Source of the DNA: Octopus sinensis
Taxonomy: Eukaryota
Direction: 5' to 3'
DNA length: 64,000 nt
NCBI RefSeq assembly: GCF_006345805.1
Contig: NC_043007.1
Location: 27,466,001-27,530,000 of the forward strand
A model generated the notes under the pieces. That model was given only the letters and a program-made list of their open reading frames with translations. It was not told the origin of the DNA and did not search any database. Position numbers and translations under genes: made by a program. Of this stretch, positions 24,627 to 38,947 are shown piece after piece (position 1 is the first letter of the stretch; every line of letters begins with the position of its first letter).

Positions 24627-25235
24627 TATATATATCACGGTGAATATTTTATTTCTCTGCAAATTTATATCGAGGAACTTGGAGGAAATAATGGACAGCT
24701 ATGCATTGTTATTAAGTGCAAAATGAATAATAAATTCGTGAACCACAACCTACAAGATGATGATAAATTATATCTAGTCTATGCGAAGTGTTGACATGAA
24801 ATAGGATCGGGAAAGAATATTACTGTCAAAAATGAATTGCCAGGGGTAAATACAAATTTCGGTATAAAATCCTTCGTGAACGAAATCGTCTGCTGAAGTC
24901 CGCACACCCGTAAATGGTGCGTTGCAGTAACAAATGCCATGCCACCAAATTGATTAATTCCACGTACCTTATTGATCTACATTAATTCTTGTGAAATATC
25001 TGGAAAGTAAACAACACTGTACGAGTAATGTAAAGTAATTAGTTGAACAAAGGAGAGAATACTGTGAGAACTTCTCTCCTAACACTTATATGAACTGTGA
25101 AAGGCAATTATTTAAAATAAGGCCAAAGTAACATACAAACGTTCACGCACATACGCACACATAAGCACAGGCACACATACATTCACACACACAAACGAGT
25201 ATGTAGAGAGAGTTATAGGGATGACTATGTACATA

Positions 25236-26106
25236 CGAGGTCTGACCAATAAGTATCCGGATTCGTGGCATAGTAACGAAGTGAAAGCAAGCAGAGAGAA
25301 GCCGCTTGGCACAGAGATAAGATGAGCTACGCTGATCATGAATGTTGTAGTTCACATCCCTGTTTACTGCTTGGAAATAGCGTGTGCATCGTGTGGTCGT
25401 TACATGGACCGTGGCAGAAAATGTGTCATGGTGATATATGCTCAGAGGCACACGCAATGTTGCAGAAAGAGTATTGAGAGGAGTGTTTGAGTTGATCAGA
25501 AGTGTACGAGTGGTTCAGTCATTTCCAAGATGGCCGAAAACACGCTGAAGTTGATAACCGTTCTGGGAGACAGGCAACGAGTAGAACTGAGAAAAACATC
25601 GTAGATGTGAGGGGGAAATCGTCAAATCACAATCAATGAGTTATCAGAGGATGTGCAGATAAGTTGCGGTTCAGGCCATTCTATTATCATTGAAGATTTG
25701 GGTATGAGGCGCATGTTTGCAAAATCTGTGCCAGAACAGTTCCCAGCTGACCAAAATGACACTCAGGGTTCAGTTGCACAAAATCTTCATTATTTTGGCG
25801 AGAAAGACAGAAAAAAAAAACTTTTGGAAACTTTGCGTAGGCCACTCAGCAGGTATCACCATGATTTTGGCAAAATTTGATGCCGAATCCCAGCACAACT
25901 TTCTCTGTCACGATCAATGTGGCGATCATACACTACACACCTTTCTTCGAGGCATTGCTGTTAACACCAGAATTACGCTAGAACGGCACAACGTAGGGGG
26001 CATACACATCAGGGTCTAAGGTCAATCTCTGCTAAAACAACTCACTATGCGTTTTTTTAGCTTCGATAAACTGGCAATAGTCCGGCTACTTATTGATCAA
26101 ATCACG
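25236..26106 (+). mobile_element. Internally deleted mariner transposon with both terminal inverted repeats and TA target duplication
   Basis: TA-CGAGGTCTGACCAATAAGTATCCGG ... CCGGCTACTTATTGATCAAATCACG-TA. Decayed N-terminal transposase VYEWFSHFQDGR..DNRSGRQATSRTEKNI and EDLGMRRMFAKSVP (WVPHEL-like). Confidence 0.9.
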
Positions 26107-26169
26107 TATTTTAAGAGAAACGATTGATACATTTTATACGTAATACACCGCCGGCCTCGGTGCATTATT

Positions 26170-26805
26170 TCAAGAGAAATCTGGGCAATGGACCCCAGTA
26201 CACAAATGGTACTTTATCGACGCTGAAAGGATGAAAGGCAAAGTCGACCTCGGCGGTACTTGAACTCAGAGCGTAAAGACAGACAAATACCTATTTCTTT
26301 ACTACCTACAAGGAACTAATCATAGAGGGGACAAACAAGAACAGACAAACGGATTAAGTCGATTGTATCGATCTCAGTGCGTAACTGGTACTTATTTAAT
26401 CGATCCCGAAAGGATGAAAGGCAAAGTCGACCTCGGCGGAATTTGAACTCAGAACGTAGCGACAGAAGAAATACTGCTGAGCATTTCGTCCGGCTTGCTA
26501 ACGTCTCTGCCAGTTCGCTGCCTTTCGGCAGATGAAATGCCGCTAAGCATTTCACCCACTCTGCAGACAAAATACCTATTTCGTTATTACCCACAAGGGG
26601 CTAAACACAGAGGGGACAAACAAGGACAGACATAAGTATTAAGTCGATTTCATCGACCCCAGTGCGTAACTGGTACTTAATTTATCGATCCCGAAAGGAC
26701 GAAAGGCAAAGTCGACCTCGGCGGAATTTGAACTCACAACGTAACGCAGTCGAAATACCGCTAAGCATTTCACCCGGCGTGGTAACGTTTCTGCCAGCTC
26801 GCCGT
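26170..26805 (-). mobile_element. SINE family S1 multimer (3-4 bodies)
   Basis: Repeated GAAAGGATGAAAGGCAAAGTCGACCTCGGCGG units separated by the constant linker. Confidence 0.9.
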
Positions 26806-27224
26806 GTTGAAGTGATTGCTATATTCTGTATTTCATATTACAATAGATCGGCGTGTGTAAATATGAGCGCCTGGGAAAATGATGGTTTGTACGTAATGTA
26901 GTTTGATATTGACAACATATGTCATGCCCGTAAATTTTGGTCTCTTAAGAGTGAGACGGTGAGTGAAGGACAAGGAAAATAAGATGAACTGAGAAAAGGA
27001 ATGCGGGCCAAAGGGAGAGGCGTGAGAGAGAGAGAGAGAGGGAAAGAGTGAAACAGAGAGAAACTAAGAGACAGAGATGCAGAGAGAGAAAGAGAGAGCG
27101 AGCTAGATTTTGGAAAATAAAGAGATAAGTGTCGGTGGATAAACATGGAAAACATCTCTACATTCGAAAATTAATTGGTGAAAACTTTGAACCTCAAGAT
27201 GTACTTCAATGCATATGCATATAA

Positions 27225-27255
<31 letters not shown>

Positions 27256-27441
27256 TGTATTTATTTATTTATGTATGTATGCATCTATGTTTTTACGTGC
27301 ACATTGGGGCATGCTCTTATGCACGTTAACATAATTGATTTGGGTCTGATGTATACTTTTGAGATATTTCTCAGCATATGAAATTATTAGTAGTACTTAA
27401 GACAAGTGTTGTGTTCTTTAAATAAATAATATTTATCACAC

Positions 27442-27489
<48 letters not shown>

Positions 27490-27511
27490 GAAAGAGAGAA
27501 CATATATATAT

Positions 27512-27580
<69 letters not shown>

Positions 27581-27799
27581 GACATATATATATATACACA
27601 CTTATATGTATATATATAAATGTATATATATATATATACATTTATATATACATATATGTGTGTGTATATATATTTCTATATATATACACACATAAATTAT
27701 AAATAAGGATAATGTCGATGTTTAAATATCGATTCGTCATTATATAATTCGGTATACACACACACACAACACACACACACATATATATATTATATATAT

Positions 27800-27855
<56 letters not shown>

Positions 27856-28837
27856 TAGATAGATATAACTGCCAAGCATCTATCACGCTGCACACAATTT
27901 TTCATGCGTATTTGGTCAGTCAAACGACCACTTATCCTATGTAGTACAAATACATTTGAGAGCATGATGGCTCTGATCCAACACAGTTTTACTTTATATG
28001 ATATATCACCTGAATCATATACAGCGACGATATTTTGCAACTGGAAAATATCTTGAGAAGCACAGCATTGTAGGAAATACGTTTGGGAAATGGAAAGAGT
28101 TCTTCATTTGAGAAAGTAATTCACATTAAATATTGTAGGTCATTAACCTAGAATTTAGCTCCCTGTTCATTTGTTTTATTATAGATTCGAGTACCATATT
28201 TATTTCTTGTCTTAGAGTTATATTTAGGTTTAGAAATGCATCACTGTAGAATTTACGGCACAGTCGTAAATTCGAGTGTCGCCATAGAATAACAGTTGAA
28301 TACACACTCACATGCACGCAGAGAATCGCGAATAATTACGCATGAGAAAATCTTGAAACAAAGGAACGTATCGGATAAATCTTTAATTTATTATTCGTTT
28401 GAATGTTGCCAAGATTTCAATAAACCTTATAACCATTTCCCTTCTAGCATCGGCATCATAATTGCTTATTCAGAAATTTTCAGGCGGGCCGCAGTTCTAA
28501 CATAAACTTCACCGCGTCTGTTGTCCTCGAGGGAAACTATAGAATACACTATTATATAAATGTGTGAAGCACTTATTCTCTATGCATTTGTAATACACCG
28601 AGTATATGTCCTTCAGCTTTCATGCCGCCTCCTGAAGTACCTGCTTTCGTCTGAATTTTCGCGCAACTAAGATGGAATACTGATAGATATGATACTGCAA
28701 AAATATCATAATAAATAAGCATAAAAAGAAACATCAATAGAATAACGTACGGATTTTATTCTGTTTTCTTTTTGACTTAATCCTTTATTTCAAATACAAC
28801 ATTATAATCTTATGAAATATTCTTTTTTTTCTTCTTT

Positions 28838-29447
28838 TCTACTCTAGGCACAAGACCCGAAATATTTCGGGAGTAGTGCAGTCGATTAGATCGGCCACAG
28901 TACGCAACTGGTGCTCAATTTATCGACCACGAAAGGATGAAAAGCAAAGTCGACTTCGGCGGAATTTGAACTCAGAACGTAACGACAGACGAAATACCTA
29001 ATTCTATTTCTTTACTACCCACAAGGGACTAAACACAAAGGGATTAAGTCGATGATATCGACCCCAGTGCGTAGCTGGTACTTATTTAATCGACCCCGAA
29101 AGGATGAAAGGCAAAGTCGATCTCGGTGGAATTTGAACTCAGAACGTAGCGGCAGACGAAATACCGATAAGCATTTCGTCCGGCGTGCTAAAGAATGTGC
29201 CAGCACGCAGACTCGATCTTATGAAATATTCTAATCTATTCTAGGCACAAGACCCGACATTTTTTTGTGGGGGGGGGCGGTCGATTAGATCGAAACCAGT
29301 ATGCAACTAGTACTTAACTTATCTACCCCAAAAGGATGAAAGGCAAAGTTGACCTCAGCGGAATTTCAATATAGAACGTAAAGACCGACGAAATACCGCT
29401 GACCATTTCGCGCGGCGTGCTTAACGATTCTGCCAGTTCGCCGCCTT
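28838..29447 (-). mobile_element. SINE family S1 cluster (dimer plus monomer)
   Basis: Three bodies, with two CTAGGCACAAGACCCG tails. Confidence 0.85.
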
Positions 29448-29519
29448 GATATCATGAAATATTATGAGGAAATGGTTAACTATTTTTTTTTAAATATCCG
29501 CTAATGGACACTACCTGTT

Positions 29520-29550
29520 TAACAACTACTACTACTACTTCTTCTTCTTC

Positions 29551-29621
<71 letters not shown>

Positions 29622-30010
29622 TTACTACTACTACTGCTGCTGCTGCTGTTGCTACTACTACTACTTCTACTACTCCTCCTTCTTCTTCTACTACTACTAC
29701 TACTAACTACTACTACTACTACTGTACTTGTCGTCATCTCGTCCATCTTCCTCTTCCACCTCTTTCACCACCATCATCGTCTTCATCACCATTATCCTCA
29801 TCATCGTCCTAATCCAGATCATCAGCATCATCATAATTGCCACCGTGGTGGTGGTGGTGGTGGTCGTCGTCGTCGTCGTTCGCCGTCGTCATCATTAGCA
29901 TCACCATCACGAAAACAACAAAACAAGAAGGACGATGATAACAACAACAACAACAACAACAACAACGTCAACAGCATCAACAGCCATAATAAAAAAGGAA
30001 AGAAAAGCAG
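29520..30010. repeat. Compound trinucleotide microsatellite (CTA, CTG, TCA, GGT, CGT, AAC)
   Basis: Direct reading. Confidence 0.9.
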
Positions 30011-30564
30011 CAACAGCGCCATGCTTAAATCGCTCTTAGCCACGAAATTGTTCTTAATAGCCGTACTTCAATTCACAAAATAACATGGCACCCATGAAAG
30101 CTGTTTGGAAACATCACAGAACAGAACAAATAGTGGGCTCCTTTCAAAGCAACAGCCATATGCAGGCAGAAACGAATAGTCAAAGCACAAAACTAAATAT
30201 ATGAATAAATAAATAAATAAACATAAAAAGCAAAGACAGAGAGATTCGAGATTCTTCTATCCCCATCTTTCCACTATAGAAAGGTAAAGAAGCCAAGATA
30301 TCTGGAAGATATATTCTTGCGTGACAGTCGAACTTTTCGAAATAAAACATGTCCGCTGTTGTCTGTCTATAAAAATGAAACCACGTGATCGAGAGCATGA
30401 CTTCCACTGAATTATTGATTGCATAATAATAATATTTATGTAAGGAGATATACATACTCGCGTGCGGGCATCTACTGGTGCACGCACGTCTACAGATAGC
30501 GAAGTGAGCCTGTGCATGTGTGTACGATTATGTATGTATACATATATATATATGTATATTTCTA

Positions 30565-30631
<67 letters not shown>

Positions 30632-31044
30632 GTATACATGTATATATATATATCACAAATACATATATATATGTACATTATATATATATACATATATATA
30701 TATACATATATACAAAAGCATACAGGCATATGAGTATATATAAATATATATATGTGTGTGTGTTTGTATGTGTTTGTGTGTGTGTGTGCGTGTGCGCATG
30801 TGTACGTAAGTACATATACGTTATCTGGGTACACAAATGCTTTAGGGTACCTGTCTGGACTCTTTTCATGTGAAATATCTTATTGCACCGTGTATCTACA
30901 AATACCAGTTTAACCTGTGTATTGAATTATAAACCTACGTTTTTCTCAAAATACGTCTGGTATTAAACCATAGAACTTCATAAATAAATGCTACAACACT
31001 ATTAATTTAATGCATTTTTATGGAGAATAGATGATTTACAAAAG

Positions 31045-31844
31045 TCTGAAGACATAGTAATACTTCCTGGTTGACAGTTCTCTGGTATTACATGAGAATT
31101 CCAATCACGTTCCGTGGTTCGCTACCGCAACAGCTACTTTATAGGATCCAGTGGTTAAAGACATCATCAGGAGGAACCACGTCCGGTTCGGCCCCTACTC
31201 TTCTACTGTTTACGACGTGGCGGGCACCCCCGTCCTTTCGGAGGTGTCTTCAACTCTGGTGTTGAGTGTGTTTCTTCTTTCTTATTTTCCCTGGCCCCTT
31301 CGACGTAGAGTCAGCGAATGACCATCTTGCTATACTTCCCCTTAAATAGTCGCCAGAATGCACAAGCAGCCAGCACCATTTAACTGTCACGTGACACTGT
31401 ATAAGCTTCAACTGACCAATGGAGTGGAAGGGCGCGTAGTTTTAGCCTACGCCAGCTCTAAACCTGCCTTCAAACATTATCAAGTTAGTTTCAGTTCCAG
31501 CAGCTGTTTGGTGGAATGAGCCTTCGAACCAGGGGGAAGGCGCCTATGAAATAGATCGTTACCTCGGCCTACCTGTCAATCAGCGATGCTGCTTAAATGT
31601 CAGCCAGCATCACCTAGCGAAACTATCTCCAAGTCACCATGTTATGGCTTCCAAACCATTTTGGGTCTTCTCGCTTCAGCCATGTATAGAACCTGGCTTT
31701 TTCGACTGCCTCCTGTATCCTACTTATTACTTTTCTCAACTATGAACTCAAAAATGTAAAACTTCTTTTAAATAACGCCTGAACGCATAGTTATACATAC
31801 ATATACTTATACTTCCAGTTTAACAGTTCTCTGGTATTACATGA
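31045..31844. mobile_element. Unclassified GC-richer element bounded by direct repeats (LTR-like)
   Basis: ACAGTTCTCTGGTATTACATGA is identical at 31074-31095 and 31823-31844, with weaker homology extending about 30 bp leftward. Confidence 0.45.
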
Positions 31845-32054
31845 AGAGTTAAACATTTGTAGAGCTCAAATTGGCCGTTCAAGTACTCCGCAGTCACTAG
31901 AATTTTTAGTCTGTATGATTCGATAAGCTTCTTTTTAATTCTCGTATTGCTGAAGGGATGTGGACCCATCTGATGGGGTCGCAACACATGTCGAATATCG
32001 ATATAGGCTTTTTAACATTTTTTTTCAATTTGCGGAGAAATATGCACATTTGAC

Positions 32055-32500
32055 ATGTTTGCGTGTCTACTATGCATGTTTATTCTTTTATACGTTTCAG
32101 TCATTTGACTGCGGCCTTGCTGGAGCACCGCCTTTAGTCGAACAAATTTACCACAGGACTTATTCTTTGTAAGCCTAGTACCTATATTATCGGTCGCTTT
32201 TCCCGAATCGATATGTTGCAGGGACATAAATACACCAACATCGGTTTTCAAATGATGCTGGGGTGACAAAAACAGACGTGCGCGCGCACACACACACACA
32301 CAAACACACACACTGACACACAAACACACATATAGATTTACACGACAGTCTTTCAGTTTTCGTGTACCAAATCCACTCACAAGGCTTTCGTCTGCCCGAG
32401 GCTATATACTAGAAGACACTTGCCAAAGATGCCAGACAGTGGGACTGAACCAAGAACCATGTGGTTGTTAAGCATGGTACTTAGCACACAGCCACTCCAT
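32055..32500 (-). mobile_element. SINE family S2, full length
   Basis: Reverse complement of the S2 head, box and tail. Confidence 0.85.
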
Positions 32501-32569
32501 GTATAATTTTTACCAACAAGATTTTCATATGTCTTATACATCTCTGGTCAAAACGCACGTTCATTTCTC

Positions 32570-32775
32570 TCTTGAGGGGATGAATGGTGACCTGGTGGAA
32601 TCGTTAGCACGCCGTGGGAAATGCTTTGCACGGTATTTCGTTTGTTTTTATGTTGTTCGTTGAAATTCCTCCGAGAACGACTCTTCATTGTATTCCATCA
32701 GATCGATGAATTAAGTACCACTCAAGTACTTGAATCGATGGAATAGACTTAACCCGCACCGAAAACGCTGGCGTC
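32570..32775 (+). mobile_element. Degenerate SINE family S1
   Basis: CGTTAGCACGCCG..GGTATTTCGT..TAAGTACCA. Confidence 0.6.
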
Positions 32776-33202
32776 GTGCATTATTGTGATTGCGTGTGAG
32801 TATAGCTTCGTATCTACGTATTTGCTGGTACACGTGTGAGTTCGATTTTAAGTTCTTGGGTAAAATATTTTTGCTTCACGAATAGTATTTAAGTCGCATC
32901 GATCCCAGAAAAATATAATATATATTGATCACTGACGGATAACTTTTCGCATATTTCACATATTCAACAATCTTTCGAAAACGATAAAAGTAAGTCACCA
33001 TTAATGTGGAACGCAATATCTATGACAATAGAAAACCCCTCCACAGTAGTGAATTCAAAGATTATATCGCCTTTGTAAGAAATGTGTTTCTTATAACCAA
33101 GGCAACCGAAAAGGAAAAAAGTGTGATGACGTATTATATATCCCTCTATGTTCCAGTATCGCTACGAACATTTTATTTTTCCATATCTCAGTGTCTCCAT
33201 GA

Positions 33203-33255
<53 letters not shown>

Positions 33256-34422
33256 GTGTGTGTGTATGTATATATATATATATATTATATATATATATAT
33301 GTGTGTGTGTGTATATATATATGCATATATATATGGGTGTGTCTGTGTCTGTGTATTTATGTTTATGATACTAAGTCTAATAATAAATGCGTTTCAATGA
33401 AATAAGAATCAAAGAGTTAAAATTCAAAATTGTTCCGTCATACACAATGGTAAACAATCGAATATGGATGTGAATATATTTGGTAGACACATCAAAAGAA
33501 CTGCATGGTTCTATTAACATAATAATTTTTTATCAAAGAATATTCTACCTTACAAAACTGCGTTTACTTGCGGAAATTCCAGAATGCTCGATTGACAATA
33601 TATCAGAACGTTATCCAGGAACAGGAGGGAAAAAAAATAAAAAGGAAAGCACAAATCCGAAGTTAATTGCTAAATATGCTGCGATTATTTTCTTCAAATG
33701 GTTTGGACGCCATTAAAAATGTTGTGAACAAAAATCAAAGCAAGTTTAATAATGGTACAAGAAAGCGAAAGACGTAAAAAGTTTACTAATCGAATTAAGT
33801 GAAAAGAAACGTACTAATAAAAGAAAAGAAACCAAAAAAACTCAACGAAAATAGTAATGAATATAAGACAAAAATGATCATGATGATGATGATGATGTTG
33901 TGAATACAACATCAGCGATAATAAAAATCACAGATTTGTCGTGATATGTAAATGTAAATGAGGTAAATTTATTAAAAGCAGTTAAATACGTGGTCAAGAT
34001 ATCAGGAAAAGAGGCATTTGCTACCTTCTAAAGTGCAATCATTATATGTGCTTCGCATAAAGACAGGGTCATAAAGCGACGGCCCGTCGCTAGTTTACAT
34101 GCTTGCAAGATAACGGAACGTAATAGGAAGACGCGGCAATTCACGAAAGATATTGACTCAGAGGCATACTTATTAAAGCGAGTTGCGAGTTGGAATCACT
34201 TACGAAGATTTATAGACATGGATAATTTCAGAATGATTAAGAAGCCTAATGATTTTAAGAGACAATATTAACCCCGGGAAAAATAAACCTGCATATGTAC
34301 AGAAGAATATCAGTACACGTGTTACTACACAACTAAGAAGGGAAATATACTGAGGTACTTGCAACTGCATAAACATACCCACAAACATATATACATACAT
34401 ACATAGCCATATACATATACAT

Positions 34423-34458
<36 letters not shown>

Positions 34459-34552
34459 TTATACATATATATGCATATATATGCATGTATATATGTGTAT
34501 ATAGATACATATATGTACATATGCATATATATAAATGTATATATACGTATAT

Positions 34553-34620
<68 letters not shown>

Positions 34621-34894
34621 CATATATACATATATGTATACAGTGTTTATAGTTTTGTCTTAGTGTTAGTGTGTGTGGTGTGTGTAAGTTTCTTACCTAT
34701 TTCAACTATAATACTTTGTTACTTTGCGTTAATGTATTCTTCCCGCTATTTCCATTCTAATTTCAAATCACGCATCCGTCATCTACCCAATCAACTAATT
34801 AACGTACCACTCAAGAATTGGAATTGAATTAATCGTCGAAACCTCACCTTTTGAAATATTGGCATAAATCACCGACGATTAGCATCATCGTTAT

Positions 34895-35290
34895 CCTGGA
34901 ATGATCGTTAGCACGCCGGGCGAAATGCTTATCGGAATTTCGTCTGCCGCTACGTTCATGAGTTCAAATTCTGACGAGGCCAACTTTGTCTTTTATCATT
35001 TCAGGGTCGATAGAATAAGTACCAGTTACGCACTGGGGTCGATGTAATCGACTTAATCCGTTTGTCTGTCCTTGTTTGCACCCTCTGTGTTTAACCTCTT
35101 GTGGGTAGTAAAAGAAATAGGTATCTCGTCTGCGGCTACGTCCTGATTTCAAATTCTGCCGAGGTCGGCTTTACTTTTCATCTTTTCTGGGTCGATAGAA
35201 TAGGTACCATTTTGACACTGGCGTTGATGTGATCCTCTACCCACCAACCAAATAAATTCAGACCTTGTGCCTATTGTACAAAAGATTATT
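34895..35290 (+). mobile_element. SINE family S1 dimer (head, body, linker, body, tail)
   Basis: Clearest plus-strand example of the composite structure. Confidence 0.85.
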
Positions 35291-35527
35291 ACTTTTATTG
35301 TTTCGTTTGCAAGTCAAAGACTACTTAGAGCTAGGAAGTTGTTAAAGGAAGAACGTAATTTTTGCTTTTCCTATTGAGCAAACTAGTTTCCTCAGAGGCA
35401 AGTTGGCTTCGTGAAATACATACTCCAACAATTATTAGGACCTAACCATTCCATCAACCAATATAAAGATAATCCACACTATATGCTCTGTTATAAGAGA
35501 AAGTATGAACTACATGACATGTATCAA

Positions 35528-35920
35528 CAGGAGTGGCTGCGTGGTAAGTAACTTGCTTACCAACCACATAGTTCCGGGTTCAGTCCCACTACATGGCACC
35601 TTGGGCAAGTGTCTTCTACTATAGCCTAGGGCTGACCAAAGCCTTGTGAGTGGATTTGGTAGTCGGAAACTGAAAGAAGCCCGACGTTTATGTATATATA
35701 TATATGTATATGTGTGTGTGTGTGTCTGCGTTTGTCCTCCCAACATTGCTTGACAAGCGATGCTGGGGTGTTTACGTCCCTGCAACTTATCGGTTCGGCA
35801 AAAGACACCGATAGAATAAGTACTCGGCTTACAAAGAATAAGCTCTGGGGTCAATTTGCTCGACTAAAGGCGGTGCTCCAGCATGGTCACAATCAAATGA
35901 CTGAAACAAGTAAAAGAGTA
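35528..35920 (+). mobile_element. SINE family S2, full length
   Basis: A/B boxes, internal microsatellite, S2 tail. Confidence 0.9.
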
Positions 35921-36207
35921 TATTCAAACTCCTATATGTACATGTATGTGCGCGCGAGTGTTTGTGTATGCGCATGCGTGTGTGCGCACACGCACGTGTG
36001 TGTTTATGTAGTAGGTATATGTAACTGGCGAGTAACATATTTTATATGTTTCCGCCTAAGTTTATCAGTAAAACCAAAGTGATAAACCTAGAAGTGAACA
36101 AAAGTTTGAGCGAAAAGAAACAAATGAATTAATCACATCAAAATTCCCCTCCTCCAATGGCAGCGTCTCAGGCGATTCGCTTATACTTTCAACTGATAAT
36201 AATTACA

Positions 36208-36251
<44 letters not shown>

Positions 36252-36372
36252 ATTCACATAATAACAGAATTTTTCAATGTCTTAAGTGAGGAAGTGGGAT
36301 ATAGTTTGGCGGAATGCCAACTGTTATTGATTAGTGTAATAATGTCTAATATATGTATATATATACATAATA

Positions 36373-36421
<49 letters not shown>

Positions 36422-36841
36422 ATATATATAATATATATATATTATATATATATATAATATATATAATATATATATATTTATATGTATATATATATATGTA
36501 TATGTTATATATATATAATATATATATATATATATACGTGTGTATATATATATGTGTTTGTGTGTGTGTCTGTATGTATGTGTGTCTGTGTGTGCGTGTG
36601 TGTCTGTGCTGTTGTGTGCTTTTTTTTATTTTACTTGTTTGTGTAATTGGACGATAGCCAGACTGATTCACAGCCTTTAAGTGATGTTGTTGATTACTAC
36701 AACCCTAATATTTAATTTAATTTGTCAATCTATCTTTTTTCGAATCGTTGGGCTTTGTAGACCAGTGTAAAGATTACTCTTGCCAAAACGTAAACACTTT
36801 TGCTGAGCAGAACACACGCTCATAGACATACGAATATACAA

Positions 36842-36915
<74 letters not shown>

Positions 36916-37304
36916 GAAATTTATAGAACAACAAAAGACGAAGATGGTGTAGTAGTAACAAACAAGTGTATTAGTTTGACGCTCGGGAGAAATGAAAAAA
37001 GCCTACGCTCTTCAAGAGAAAGGAGTAAGGTGAAATAAACAGAGAGAGAACATTTATTTATTTATTTACTTATATATTTACGGGTAAGTTGACGCAGGAA
37101 GGAATATGTAACTCATAAATATTTGGTAGAATTTAAATATATGATTTAATGGTAGTTTTATTCACCTTCAGAAATAAAGTTTTGTTGGCGTGCATGCGGA
37201 TATTTACGAAATGCCAATCCTTCCAGCCTGAAGACGAAGCCGGATTTACGGTAATGTTTATATTGCTGCACTACTGGTTCGATTTCTGTATCTTTTTGCA
37301 CACC

Positions 37305-37488
37305 AACCACGTGTGTATCGTTAGCGATTTTTTTCCTCCGAGATCCTTTCCTTTGGACTTTCCTGTATTTCTGAAGAATACCTTTGCTCGAAACGTAAAA
37401 ATCTTCTTTCATTCCTTTCCTGGACGTCTGATAATACAGTATTTGTACCACGTCCTTACGTTGTTGTTTGTTCTTTGTTTGGATTCAC

Positions 37489-37490
<2 letters not shown>
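37305..37490 (+). mobile_element. PLE-like module related to family A; hammerhead motif 37368-37400 with canonical CUGAAGA
   Basis: ttt CTGAAGA A tacc ttt gctc GAAA CG T A aaa. Flanks are collinear with family A. Helix II is eroded. Confidence 0.65.
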
Positions 37491-37519
<29 letters not shown>

Positions 37520-37527
37520 GTATGTAT

Positions 37528-37583
<56 letters not shown>

Positions 37584-38947
37584 CGGGATATGTATATATG
37601 TACATATATGAGACAAATAGATAAGTAGAAATTATGAAAACAGAAGTAAAAGCGGTATGGTATACACACAGAAATAGATTCTTAAGACGCTGGCATTCAC
37701 AGATGCACACACATCTGCAAGAGGATTTGGTGAAACAGTGTGGAGAGCCAGATATGCCTTAATGTCATTTATCATGAAAAAGAATATTCATATACTCAGG
37801 GAGAGATGCATAGCTTCATATACACGTATAGATATACACACCACATAGATATATGCATGGCTTTAAAAATAATTTCTTTAAATTACGTAAAAGGGAAAGT
37901 ATTGAGCTGTGATTCCCATCATGTTAGACTGGAGTTAATTTTAAATTCGCATATTATTTTATTCAGAATCGGTTTCCTTAGGGCGCAAAGTTTTGCATTG
38001 AGCGATTTGAATCTAATTGTTCTGTTCCGTGTAAAATTACCGAATAGGATTTTGAAAAGCTCGATTCTGTTCCATCAACTCATTGAGAATTTGGGATATT
38101 TTAGCATCAACATTTACAGCAATATTAAATTCATTTACGTATTTTTAGAATCATATAACAATACTGATAGGTGAATATATTTATTTCTTAAAGTATTCGG
38201 CATTGCTATTTGAAAGAATCGTTGAAAGTTTTTACGTTTGGAATTAGATGTTTTCTGGGAAGTATTAATGTCGCAAATAAGTTTTATAGTTTGGTAGACT
38301 TGCAAGGCCTCTTTTCTCAAATTCACGGACAAGTGGATTTGGGAAGAATTCTTCTCCAGTACTATTCTTACGTCGTCTACAGAATTCATATTTTTTCCGC
38401 CCAAATAATTTAAAGACTACAGAATGAATGATAATCAAGTGAGGCACTGTTCACCGAATATCGTGGCTTGGGCATCGTTTCCCATTCAAACTGCAGCAGC
38501 CTTTAGAATGTCATCGCTGCTGTATGTGGCCGATCATTTCGTATTGGCGTAGCAGCATATTTTAAAGTAGTCGCAGAAAAACTTCCCATAGAGTAAAAGG
38601 ATTTGCTATTTCATGTGATATTAGTATAATATTTACTCGGAATTTATGACAGTCTTTTAAAGTTGTTAGATCCATTAGCTCTTTCAGTATGCTTCACTTC
38701 ATTATACTTTATTATTTTTATAGAGATTCTTCAGGTGAGAGTTTTATACGTATTCATGTTTGCTACTGTGAACACAAACAAAAGTAGACCAAAATGTATG
38801 GGCTATTCCAGATTAGAGTACAGTATGGTATATTTACTAGAATTTAATAGGCTGAATACTGACCTAGGTGACATCTTGTAACATTTCACGATGTTAACAA
38901 AAGTTAAAGAACATACGAATATTATACGAGATGTATTTTCATCTTGT

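Noticed and set aside
26170-26805. Repeat-spacer (CRISPR-like) appearance of S1 multimers
   Set aside because: Units are long SINE bodies with a constant linker and no unique spacers, in a eukaryotic context with no cas genes.
29504-30083. Poly-T/S/H/N/Q ORFs
   Set aside because: Compound trinucleotide repeat with no unique coding context.
31100-31175. Minus-strand CTGATGA..GAAC hammerhead-like string
   Set aside because: Missing A15.1; helix I and helix II do not pair.
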